From the NCBI RefSeq assembly GCF_044647545.1, contig NZ_CP172818.1: 64,000 bases of DNA; one strand, 5' to 3'. Source of the stretch: Escherichia coli. GTDB lineage: Bacteria > Pseudomonadota > Gammaproteobacteria > Enterobacterales > Enterobacteriaceae. Positions 34,817-44,503 of the stretch are shown one piece after another (position 1 is the first letter of the stretch; each line of letters starts with the position of its first letter). The position numbers and the translations under genes were made by a program. The notes beneath the pieces are model-generated. The model did not search any database. It was given only the letters and a program-made list of their open reading frames with translations, and was not told where the DNA came from.

Positions 34817-35617
34817 ATGGAGATTACCACTCTTCAAATTGTGCTGGTATTTATCGTAGCCTGTATCGCAGGTATGGGATCAATCCTCGATGAATTTCAG
34901 TTTCACCGTCCGCTAATCGCGTGTACCCTGGTGGGTATCGTTCTTGGCGATATGAAAACCGGTATTATTATCGGTGGTACGCTGGAAATGATCGCGCTGG
35001 GCTGGATGAACATCGGTGCTGCAGTTGCGCCTGACGCCGCTCTGGCTTCCATCATTTCTACTATTCTGGTTATCGCAGGTCATCAGAGCATTGGTGCAGG
35101 TATCGCACTGGCAATCCCTCTGGCCGCTGCGGGCCAGGTACTGACCATCATCGTTCGTACTATCACCGTTGCTTTCCAGCACGCTGCGGATAAGGCTGCT
35201 GATAACGGCAACCTGACAGCGATTTCCTGGATCCACGTTTCTTCTCTGTTCCTGCAAGCAATGCGTGTGGCTATTCCGGCCGTCATCGTTGCGCTGTCTG
35301 TTGGTACCAGCGAAGTCCAGAACATGCTGAATGCGATTCCGGAAGTGGTGACCAATGGTCTGAATATCGCAGGTGGCATGATCGTAGTGGTTGGTTATGC
35401 GATGGTTATCAACATGATGCGTGCTGGCTACCTGATGCCGTTCTTCTACCTCGGCTTCGTAACCGCAGCATTCACCAACTTTAACCTGGTTGCTCTGGGT
35501 GTGATTGGTACTGTTATGGCAGTGCTCTACATCCAACTTAGCCCGAAATACAACCGCGTAGCCGGTGCGCCTGCTCAGGCAGCTGGTAACAACGATCTCG
35601 ATAACGAACTGGACTAA
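34817..35617 (+). CDS. manY: Mannose PTS EIIC component
   Basis: 266-aa hydrophobic ORF. Confidence 0.95.
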   Translation: MEITTLQIVLVFIVACIAGMGSILDEFQFHRPLIACTLVGIVLGDMKTGIIIGGTLEMIALGWMNIGAAVAPDAALASIISTILVIAGHQSIGAGIALAIPLAAAGQVLTIIVRTITVAFQHAADKAADNGNLTAISWIHVSSLFLQAMRVAIPAVIVALSVGTSEVQNMLNAIPEVVTNGLNIAGGMIVVVGYAMVINMMRAGYLMPFFYLGFVTAAFTNFNLVALGVIGTVMAVLYIQLSPKYNRVAGAPAQAAGNNDLDNELD

Positions 35618-35620
35618 CAG

Positions 35621-36481
35621 GTGAGCGAAATGGTTGATACAACTCAAACTACCACCGAGAAAAAACTCACTCAAAGTGATATTCGTGGCGTCTTCCTGCG
35701 TTCTAACCTCTTCCAGGGTTCATGGAACTTCGAACGTATGCAGGCACTGGGTTTCTGCTTCTCTATGGTACCGGCAATTCGTCGACTCTACCCTGAGAAC
35801 AACGAAGCTCGTAAACAAGCTATTCGCCGTCACCTGGAGTTCTTTAACACCCAGCCGTTCGTGGCTGCGCCGATTCTCGGCGTAACCCTGGCGCTGGAAG
35901 AACAGCGTGCTAATGGCGCAGAGATCGATGACGGTGCTATCAACGGTATCAAAGTCGGTTTGATGGGGCCGCTGGCTGGTGTAGGCGACCCGATCTTCTG
36001 GGGAACCGTACGTCCGGTATTTGCAGCGCTGGGTGCCGGTATCGCAATGAGCGGCAGCCTGTTAGGTCCGCTGCTGTTCTTCATCTTGTTTAACCTGGTG
36101 CGTCTGGCAACCCGTTACTACGGCGTAGCGTATGGTTACTCCAAAGGTATCGATATCGTTAAAGATATGGGTGGTGGTTTCCTGCAAAAACTGACGGAAG
36201 GGGCGTCTATCCTCGGCCTGTTTGTCATGGGGGCATTAGTTAACAAGTGGACGCATGTCAACATCCCGCTGGTTGTCTCTCGCATTACTGACCAGACGGG
36301 CAAAGAACACGTTACCACTGTCCAGACTATTCTGGACCAGTTAATGCCAGGCCTGGTACCACTGCTGCTGACCTTTGCTTGTATGTGGCTACTGCGCAAA
36401 AAAGTTAACCCGCTGTGGATCATCGTTGGCTTCTTCGTCATCGGTATCGCTGGTTACGCTTGCGGCCTGCTGGGACTGTAA
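35621..36481 (+). CDS. manZ: Mannose PTS EIID component
   Basis: 286-aa ORF (283 aa if the start is the Met at 35630). Confidence 0.9.
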   Translation: MSEMVDTTQTTTEKKLTQSDIRGVFLRSNLFQGSWNFERMQALGFCFSMVPAIRRLYPENNEARKQAIRRHLEFFNTQPFVAAPILGVTLALEEQRANGAEIDDGAINGIKVGLMGPLAGVGDPIFWGTVRPVFAALGAGIAMSGSLLGPLLFFILFNLVRLATRYYGVAYGYSKGIDIVKDMGGGFLQKLTEGASILGLFVMGALVNKWTHVNIPLVVSRITDQTGKEHVTTVQTILDQLMPGLVPLLLTFACMWLLRKKVNPLWIIVGFFVIGIAGYACGLLGL

Positions 36482-36496
36482 GACTGATGTACACTA

Positions 36497-36523
36497 CCGG
36501 GGCCTTTTGGCCCCGTTTTTTTA
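36497..36523 (+). terminator. Rho-independent terminator after manXYZ
   Basis: CGGGGCCTTTTGGCCCCG hairpin followed by T8. Confidence 0.6.
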
Positions 36524-36535
36524 TCTGGAGGATTA

Positions 36536-36994
36536 ATGACAATCACGGACCTGGTACTGATTCTTTTCATCGCCGCACTCCTGGCCTTCGCGATCTACGA
36601 TCAGTTCATCATGCCCCGCCGTAACGGCCCCACTCTGCTGGCAATTCCTTTGCTCCGGCGTGGTCGCATCGATAGCGTTATCTTCGTCGGATTGATTGTC
36701 ATTCTTATCTATAACAACGTCACGAATCATGGCGCGCTAATAACAACATGGTTATTAAGTGCACTGGCTCTGATGGGTTTTTATATATTCTGGATCCGCG
36801 TTCCGAAGATCATCTTTAAACAAAAAGGTTTTTTCTTCGCCAATGTCTGGATTGAATATAGCCGAATCAAAGCGATGAACTTGTCGGAAGATGGCGTGTT
36901 GGTGATGCAATTAGAACAGCGTCGGCTGTTAATCCGCGTTCGAAATATCGACGATCTGGAAAAAATTTATAAGCTTCTCGTTTCAACTCAATAG
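36536..36994 (+). CDS. yobD: UPF0266 membrane protein YobD
   Basis: 152-aa ORF with TM helices. Confidence 0.85.
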
Positions 36995-37194
36995 GTTATG
37001 AATTTAGCCAAAGCTATGTTTAGTGTATTTTTAATAATCAGACATAGCTTAGGCTATATTACCTCTTCCCTTATTTGTTATTTATTTTAACGTTTCATTG
37101 ATATATAAATCTAAATGAAAATCGTTATCAATAAAGCAATGAAATAATATATTCCAACAGTTGTTTTATATTCTCAAAATATGTTAAGGTTGCG

Positions 37195-37330
37195 CCCTCA
37201 TTTGGGGAGTAGCCGATTTCCAGATTCCGGAAATGTACGTGTCAACATACTCGTTGCAAAACGTGGCACGTACGGACTGAACACTTTCAGTCAGGCGAGA
37301 CCATATGCACATCAATCGCTATGCCTGCAT
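37195..37330 (+). promoter_or_regulatory. yybP-ykoY-type Mn(2+) riboswitch in the mntP leader (approximate bounds)
   Basis: Long structured leader with conserved-looking blocks TTGGGGAGTAGCCG (37201-37214) and CAGGCGAGACC (37291-37301) about 120-220 nt upstream of the mntP ATG. Confidence 0.5.
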
Positions 37331-37423
37331 GAACGCGAAAACCCATCGCGGCTTGTTGTTCATGTATGCATGTTTGCTGGGGGCGATGATGTGTTTTATG
37401 GATACCCCGGTCAGGACGTTGTC

Positions 37424-37990
37424 ATGAATATCACTGCTACTGTTCTTCTTGCGTTTGGTATGTCGATGGATGCATTTGCTGCATCAATCGGTAAAGGTGC
37501 CACCCTCCATAAACCGAAATTTTCTGAAGCGTTGCGAACCGGCCTTATTTTTGGTGCCGTCGAAACCCTGACGCCGCTGATCGGCTGGGGAATGGGCATG
37601 TTAGCCAGCCGGTTTGTCCTTGAATGGAACCACTGGATTGCGTTTGTGCTGCTGATATTTCTCGGCGGGCGAATGATTATTGAGGGTTTTCGTGGCGCAG
37701 ATGATGAAGATGAAGAACCGCGCCGTCGACACGGTTTTTGGTTACTGGTAACCACTGCGATTGCCACCAGCCTGGATGCCATGGCTGTGGGTGTTGGTCT
37801 TGCTTTCCTTCAGGTCAACATTATCGCGACCGCATTGGCCATTGGTTGTGCAACCTTGATTATGTCGACATTAGGGATGATGGTAGGTCGCTTTATCGGC
37901 TCAATTATTGGGAAAAAAGCGGAAATTCTCGGCGGGCTGGTGCTGATCGGCATCGGCGTCCAGATCCTCTGGACGCACTTCCACGGTTAA
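37424..37990 (+). CDS. mntP: Mn(2+) efflux pump MntP
   Basis: ATG at 37424 gives 188 aa ([18 protein letters not shown]...); ORF track start 37181 is an in-frame extension through the leader. Confidence 0.9.
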
Positions 37991-38796
37991 TAAGAACGCT
38001 GCCAGAGGTGAATATTAAAGTCCGTCTGGCAGTCGAACACTTCTTTTGCTGCCAGTGTTTGCCAGACTTCTGGCTTCGCACGCCAGGCAAACGGCGTCAT
38101 CTGCAATAATGCGACGGCTTCGTCACCGCGAAGACGCATCGGATAACACAACTCATCACTCTGCTGTAATGTAAAACCTTCCAGTTGTTCTGCATGTGGT
38201 GCATGAAGATGTACTTCATTGTAAATCAGCCCCTTCAGCTCCATCAAATGTCGCGGTCCCGGCGTGGCAGTAATGACCCAACCGCCAGGCTTCACTACGC
38301 GCGCTAATTCTTCTGCTTTACACGGCGCGTAAATACGTATTATGGCGTCCATACTGGTATCGGAAAACGGCAAACGGTGGCTGGAAGCAACACAAAAAGT
38401 GACCTGCGGATAGCGTTTCGCCGCCGCTTTTATCGCTACCTTCGAGACATCCAGACCAAACGTGGTGATTTCGGGCAGCGCATCGGCAAATGCGTGTGTG
38501 TAATACCCTTCACCACAGCCAATATCCAGCACCGCCGTGGCCTTTTCATCAAGCCGTTCCCGCAGTTGGGCGACAATTGCATCACGCAGCGGCTGATAAT
38601 GTCCGGCATCTAAGAATGCGCGGCGTGCTTGCATCATTTCCGCGCTGTCGCCCGGATCACGAGACCGTTTATGCTGAACGGGCAGCAGATTGACATACCC
38701 TTCTTTCGCCATATCAAACTGATGTCGCAGGGGACAGATATAGCTGTTTTTTTCACGCGAAAGAGGCTGATGGCAAAGTGGACAGGAAAACGACAT
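37987..38796 (-). CDS. rlmA: 23S rRNA m1G745 methyltransferase
   Basis: 269-aa ORF with N-terminal Zn-binding Cys cluster and SAM-methyltransferase motif ([11 protein letters not shown]). Confidence 0.9.
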
Positions 38797-38889
38797 GACA
38801 ACTCCGGCAGGATACTAAAGGCCGCAAGTGTAACGCGAATCACGCGGCGGGCAAATATCCGAACGCCTGGAGCGAAGATAAAGCAAAGT

Positions 38890-38916
38890 AAAAAGCCTCG
38901 CATTCGGCGAGGCTTT
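38890..38916 (-). terminator. Rho-independent terminator after cspC
   Basis: Minus strand reads GCCTCGCCGAATGCGAGGC followed by a T run. Confidence 0.6.
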
Positions 38917-38961
38917 ATAGCGAGATTGAAGCGTATTCACACTTCAGATCAGTGGATTCGA

Positions 38962-39171
38962 TCAGATAGCTGTTACGTTAACAGCTGCCGGACCTTTCTG
39001 GCCGTCCTGAATTTCGAACTCAACGTTCTGACCTTCAGCCAGAGTTTTGAAGCCATTACCCTGGATAGCGGAGAAGTGTACGAACACGTCTTTGCTGCCA
39101 TCAGCCGGAGTAATGAAGCCAAAACCTTTAGACTCGTTGAACCACTTAACCTGACCTTTAATCTTTGCCAT
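38962..39171 (-). CDS. cspC: Cold-shock-domain protein CspC
   Basis: 69-aa [23 protein letters not shown]... with RNP1/RNP2 motifs. Confidence 0.95.
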
Positions 39172-39183
39172 TTGAAAAATTCC

Positions 39184-39327
39184 TTAGATTGTTTTCTTCG
39201 CCCGCAGGCATAACATAGATAAAACTGACACATTACTGCATGAGGCACCAATATAAGGCTCGGCAGAGAAGCGGTATTCAACGTCAACGTGTTTACTCAG
39301 GACTTCTTTACTGAAAATGCCACACAT
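39184..39327 (-). CDS. yobF: Small protein YobF (47 aa), co-oriented just upstream of cspC
   Basis: Hand-translated: [47 protein letters not shown]. Confidence 0.65.
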
Positions 39328-39996
39328 AAACAGAACTGTACCTCGTTTAACCCGAAATCTGTTATCACATACAACGTTAATTATGGCAAGCCATTTTTAA
39401 ACATGTCTCGATCAGACGCACAAATCTCGATACGTCTTCCACTTTTTTTGCACACTTATGCAACGGAATACGCGCCGATATATCATTGTGCTTAACCTTG
39501 CCAGTTCAGGCAGATACTTAAACTGACGTATTTTCTAACATAGTTCAATAAGTTCAGTTGTTCCAGGCCAGTGGGAGAAGTTATTACATAGTGCGTGCAA
39601 TATCACATTTTCTGCTATGCAATGAATAAAAAGTTATATCACTTTTTCTCATAAAACAGTCAGTTAACGGCCACCAATTACCCCAAAGAGAAGTCAATCC
39701 CCAATGGTATTGTAAATTTAAAATAAGAAAAATTGATGAATGCGCAAAAAAATCAAGAGAGAAACGTTTCGCTAATAAATAATACCATGCTTAATCACAA
39801 ATCCGATGTAAACATCCTAATAAATTAATGGGCTAAATATCTTTTTCTGATATCCCGTTACGCAAATAAATAATATGATAATTATTTGAAGTCAGACCAG
39901 AGTTTTAATTTGAAGCAGTTGCACCATGACAGTGCGTATAATCAGGATGAATTGAGTAACCCTTCAACGACGGGGTTACTCAAGATTGAGGAAGGA

Positions 39997-40284
39997 TTAT
40001 CGTTCGGCGACCAGACGAATAATATCTTCGTCTTCAACCGATTTTTGACTCTCAACGGTCTTTTTATCTGCTTTCTCAGGTTCGTTTGCTTCGCACAAAC
40101 GACGTAACAGAGCATTTTGACGTTTTTGCTGATCCAGCAACGCCTCAAGCAGTTCAATCTGTTCGTTAGTCCGTGAACTGGCACGATTGATAAAAAACCA
40201 CAAGATAAGCCCGATAAAAAGAACCACCACCGATACAACCAAAGACGCAATGTTCATCACGCCTGAATTTACAACTTCGTTCAT
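39997..40284 (-). CDS. yebO: Small membrane protein YebO
   Basis: 95-aa ORF with N-terminal TM helix and charged coiled-coil-like tail. Confidence 0.8.
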   Translation of the reverse strand: MNEVVNSGVMNIASLVVSVVVLFIGLILWFFINRASSRTNEQIELLEALLDQQKRQNALLRRLCEANEPEKADKKTVESQKSVEDEDIIRLVAER

Positions 40285-40358
40285 TTCACCACCTCTGAGT
40301 AGAGGCGCTATTCTACCACTGCTGGAGAGGAAGAAAATCTAGTGCTGAAAAAATGATA

Positions 40359-40502
40359 TCACCACGGGATAAACTGGTTAATGGCACAAATTCCGCTGAA
40401 AAATTGTACATCCTGATCGCACATCATGTTGAATACCTGCGCCCAAAGCAGCAAGCAAGCCAACACCACGACAACCAGAACGACCCATCGAAACTTTTTC
40501 AC
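40359..40502 (-). CDS. mgrB: PhoQ-inhibiting small membrane protein MgrB (47 aa)
   Basis: Hand-translated from a GTG start with GGAG SD: [47 protein letters not shown]; below ORF-track cut-off. Confidence 0.8.
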
Positions 40503-40660
40503 TCCAATCTCCGTTTCACCTACCTTATGTCATTAAACTAGCATGCGTTAGTTAAACAGCGCCTAACTATGTCGATATTCGTGCTTTTTCAGAATGAGTC
40601 GCTTGCTTCAGCGCATATTGCCGCTACGATTAAGCGAACATAAAAAGAGAAGAGGTTGTA

Positions 40661-40900
40661 ATGCGATTCATCATTCGCACAGTTATGCTGATAGCACTGG
40701 TATGGATAGGATTATTACTCAGCGGATATGGCGTTTTGATTGGAAGCAAAGAGAATGCCGCGGGATTAGGTTTGCAATGTACCTATCTGACCGCCAGAGG
40801 CACCAGCACGGTACAATACCTGCACACTAAAAGTGGTTTTCTGGGGATAACAGATTGCCCGTTGTTACGTAAAAGCAATATTGTGGTCGATAATGGTTAA
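40661..40900 (+). CDS. yobH: Small membrane protein YobH
   Basis: 79-aa ORF with signal/TM segment. Confidence 0.8.
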   Translation: MRFIIRTVMLIALVWIGLLLSGYGVLIGSKENAAGLGLQCTYLTARGTSTVQYLHTKSGFLGITDCPLLRKSNIVVDNG

Positions 40901-41043
40901 GGGTAATAAATAACCAGATTCTCACTCATGAGTAAAATATTCTTATCGCAAGTGCGTTTAATATAACGCCACCTTCAACTTTATTTTTCTCATGCTAAAT
41001 AAAGAACCTGTCTGTTTGATATTCAGACAGGTTCTTACTCTCA

Positions 41044-41835
41044 TCAGAACGGATAGTCGTGATAACCCATTTGGGCAGAAATTTTGCGCGCCGCGGTATG
41101 CAACATTGCAACATATTCCTGTAAACGCTCTTCAGAGAAACGTAACGTCGGGAAGGAGATGCTCAAACCGGCAATGACCACGCCAAAGCGATCAAATACC
41201 GGAACCGCAATGCATCGCAGCCCTTCTTCCTGCTCTTCATTATCTTCGCCATACCCCTGCTCGCGCACCTGGTCCAGAACGGGTAATAACGCTTCTGTAC
41301 TGGTGATGGTCCGCTCGGTACTGCGTTTATACTCCACGCCCTCAAGAATTTGCTTCACCTCATCGCGATCGCGCCATGCCAGCAGTACCTTACCAATCGC
41401 GGTGCTGTACAGCGGATTACGACGCCCAATCCGTGAATACATGCGCAAATTGTACATTGAGTCAATTTTGTGGATGTAAACAATACTGTCTTCGTCCAGT
41501 GCGCCGAGGTGGATAGTTTCTTTGGTCAGGCGGGAGATCTCACGCATCTGGATATCTGCGCTACGAATTAAATCGACGTTTTGCAACGCGCGAGCGCCCA
41601 GTTCAAACAATTTCAGGGTCAGCGAATATTTCTCCGACTCCCCTTCCTGCGCCACATAACCTAAGGTTTTCATGGTCTGTAAAAAGCGATAAACGGTGCT
41701 TTTTGACATCATGACGCGCTGCGACAACTCGGTTATCCCTATTTCGCGCTCTTCACCCAGCGCCTGCAAAATGCCAAAAACTTTTAGCACGGAAGATACA
41801 GAATCAGGCTGTTTATCCAGATCTGCGTTAGCCAT
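41044..41835 (-). CDS. kdgR: IclR-family repressor KdgR
   Basis: 263-aa ORF with N-terminal HTH and IclR effector domain. Confidence 0.9.
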   Translation of the reverse strand: MANADLDKQPDSVSSVLKVFGILQALGEEREIGITELSQRVMMSKSTVYRFLQTMKTLGYVAQEGESEKYSLTLKLFELGARALQNVDLIRSADIQMREISRLTKETIHLGALDEDSIVYIHKIDSMYNLRMYSRIGRRNPLYSTAIGKVLLAWRDRDEVKQILEGVEYKRSTERTITSTEALLPVLDQVREQGYGEDNEEQEEGLRCIAVPVFDRFGVVIAGLSISFPTLRFSEERLQEYVAMLHTAARKISAQMGYHDYPF

Positions 41836-42011
41836 TTATCACCTCATTGCGAGTGTTTTATAAAAATCAGAACTGTTTTTTATTATAATTTCGCACCTGG
41901 GTGGTCGCAATCCATCTTTTGCCGGTTAGTTACAATTCTGCGACATCCACCGTGAATATCAGTGCTAGAATCATACCCCTGTTGATTATTCACCAAAGAT
42001 ATAAAATTCCT

Positions 42012-43385
42012 ATGCCAAAAGTTCAGGCCGACGGCCTGCCATTGCCCCAGCGATACGGTGCGATATTAACCATTGTGATTGGTATTTCGATGGCTGTCCT
42101 TGACGGCGCAATCGCCAACGTCGCCCTGCCAACAATCGCCACGGACCTTCATGCCACGCCAGCCAGTTCCATCTGGGTAGTGAACGCCTATCAAATCGCC
42201 ATTGTCATCTCCCTGCTCTCGTTTTCGTTTCTGGGCGATATGTTTGGCTATCGACGTATTTATAAATGCGGTCTGGTCGTTTTTCTGTTGTCTTCACTGT
42301 TCTGCGCCCTTTCTGATTCGCTGCAAATGCTCACCCTTGCGCGTGTCATACAAGGTTTCGGCGGTGCAGCGTTGATGAGCGTTAATACCGCACTTATCCG
42401 CCTGATCTATCCACAACGTTTTCTGGGTAGAGGGATGGGCATAAACTCGTTTATTGTTGCCGTCTCTTCTGCTGCCGGGCCGACAATTGCTGCAGCAATC
42501 CTCTCCATCGCATCCTGGAAATGGTTATTTTTAATCAACGTACCGTTGGGTATTATCGCCCTGCTTCTGGCGATGCGTTTTCTACCACCCAATGGTTCTC
42601 GCGCCAGTAAACCCCGTTTCGACCTGCCCAGCGCCGTGATGAACGCGTTAACCTTCGGCCTGCTTATTACTGCATTGAGTGGTTTCGCTCAGGGGCAATC
42701 GCTGACATTGATTGGTGCGGAACTGGTGGTAATGGTTGTCGTTGGTATTTTCTTTATTCGCCGCCAGCTTTCTCTTCCCGTACCGCTGCTACCGGTGGAT
42801 TTACTGCGTATCCCGCTGTTTTCACTTTCTATTTGCACATCTGTTTGCTCTTTCTGCGCACAAATGCTGGCAATGGTTTCCCTTCCCTTTTACCTGCAAA
42901 CCGTGCTCGGGCGTAGTGAAGTCGAAACAGGTTTACTTCTGACACCGTGGCCGTTAGCAACAATGGTGATGGCTCCGCTGGCAGGCTATTTGATTGAACG
43001 CGTACATGCAGGATTGCTGGGTGCTTTAGGGTTATTCATCATGGCTGCGGGGCTTTTTTCCCTGGTTCTGCTGCCAGCGTCACCTGCGGATATCAATATT
43101 ATCTGGCCGATGATCTTATGTGGCGCTGGATTTGGCTTATTCCAGTCACCCAATAACCACACCATTATAACCTCCGCTCCGCGCGAACGTAGCGGTGGGG
43201 CCAGTGGCATGTTAGGGACGGCTCGTCTATTGGGTCAGAGTAGCGGCGCGGCACTGGTGGCGCTAATGCTAAATCAGTTTGGTGATAATGGTACGCACGT
43301 CTCGCTGATGGCTGCGGCTATTCTGGCAGTGATTGCTGCCTGTGTCAGTGGTTTACGTATCACTCAGCCACGATCCATGGCATAA
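42012..43385 (+). CDS. yebQ: MFS (DHA2-type) transporter YebQ
   Basis: 457 aa from the Met at 42012 (MPKVQADGL...); 14-TM-like hydrophobic profile. Confidence 0.85.
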   Translation: MPKVQADGLPLPQRYGAILTIVIGISMAVLDGAIANVALPTIATDLHATPASSIWVVNAYQIAIVISLLSFSFLGDMFGYRRIYKCGLVVFLLSSLFCALSDSLQMLTLARVIQGFGGAALMSVNTALIRLIYPQRFLGRGMGINSFIVAVSSAAGPTIAAAILSIASWKWLFLINVPLGIIALLLAMRFLPPNGSRASKPRFDLPSAVMNALTFGLLITALSGFAQGQSLTLIGAELVVMVVVGIFFIRRQLSLPVPLLPVDLLRIPLFSLSICTSVCSFCAQMLAMVSLPFYLQTVLGRSEVETGLLLTPWPLATMVMAPLAGYLIERVHAGLLGALGLFIMAAGLFSLVLLPASPADINIIWPMILCGAGFGLFQSPNNHTIITSAPRERSGGASGMLGTARLLGQSSGAALVALMLNQFGDNGTHVSLMAAAILAVIAACVSGLRITQPRSMA

Positions 43386-43415
43386 AAAAAGCGCGTCGAT
43401 CAGGACGCGCTTTTT
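43384..43415. terminator. Bidirectional Rho-independent terminator between convergent yebQ and htpX
   Basis: A7-GCGCGTC...GACGCGC-T5 hairpin. Confidence 0.6.
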
Positions 43416-43430
43416 AGTATTTACTTCATA

Positions 43431-44312
43431 TTACTTCAGGTATTCACCCGTACGCAGAGCTTCAATACGTTTATCCAGCGGCGGGTGAGTCATGAACAAC
43501 TCACTGAGCGATTTCGACTTACCGTTAATACAGAAAGCCATCATGCTGGTTGCTTCTTGCGGTTCATAGCTGGTTTTCAGGCGCTGCAGCGCGGCAATCA
43601 TTTTCTCGCGACCAACCAGTTTTGCCGAACCGGCATCAGCATGGAATTCACGATGACGCGAGAACCACATGGTGATAATGCTCGCCAGAATACCAAACAC
43701 CAGTTCCAGAACCGTTGCAACCGCAAAGTAGATCAGCGGGTTGCCGTTGCTCTCTTCACCTTCATCACGATTTCCGCCCATAAAACCCGCGGCAAGCTGC
43801 GCCAGAATACGGGAAATAAAGATAACGAAGGTGTTCACCACGCCCTGAATCAGCGTCATGGTGACCATATCACCATTGGCGATGTGGCTGATTTCGTGAG
43901 CAATTACCGCCTCGGCTTCATCCGGACTCATGTTCTGCAGCAAACCGGTGCTGACAGCAACCAGAGAGGCATCACGGCGCGCACCGGTTGCAAAAGCGTT
44001 GATGTCCGGCGCATGGTAGATAGCCACTTGCGGCATAGCGATCCCCGCCTGACGAGCCTGGGTTGCTACTGTATTGACCAGCCAACGTTCCCTTTCGTTA
44101 CGCGGTTGCTCGATCACTTCCCCGCCAACAGATCGTAATGCCATCCATTTGGACATCAGAAGCGAAACGAAGGAACCACCAAAACCGAACAGCAAGGCCA
44201 TGATCATCAGCCCCTGAACGCTGCTCGACTGTATCCCTGTCAGGCTCAGTACCAGCCCGAAAACGACCATTACGGCCAGGTTCGTTAGCAGGAAGAGCGC
44301 GATTCGCATCAT
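43431..44312 (-). CDS. htpX: Membrane zinc metalloprotease HtpX
   Basis: 293-aa ORF with HEISH zinc motif ([14 protein letters not shown]). Confidence 0.95.
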
Positions 44313-44464
44313 AATTTTCTTTTTACCTCAGTTTAACAAAACGCAATATGCGATACCCACATCGTATGGGTTACGCGACTATTTTCAAGTCTGGATAGTG
44401 CGTAAGTCACCAGAAAGACACAACTTTACATTTTGTAGCATCTGATTTACGGCATCTTGCCGCT

Positions 44465-44500
44465 GTTAAAAAATCAGGCACAATTTCTTGTGCCTGATTG
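44465..44500 (-). terminator. Rho-independent terminator after prc
   Basis: Minus strand reads ATCAGGCACAAGAAATTGTGCCTGAT followed by T6. Confidence 0.55.
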
Positions 44501-44503
44501 ATA

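Noticed and set aside
34913-35674. 253-aa ORF on the minus strand inside manY
   Set aside because: Antisense to manY with a Cys/His/Arg-rich, low-complexity translation; shadow ORF.
39289-40107. Plus-strand ORFs 39289..39495 and 39886..40107 in the yobF-yebO intergenic region
   Set aside because: AT-rich sequence with no SD and atypical amino-acid composition; the second overlaps yebO antisense. More likely non-coding regulatory DNA (see finding), though small-protein translation cannot be excluded without data.
43485-44138. 217-aa ORF on the plus strand inside htpX
   Set aside because: Antisense to htpX with a low-complexity Arg/His-rich product; shadow ORF.
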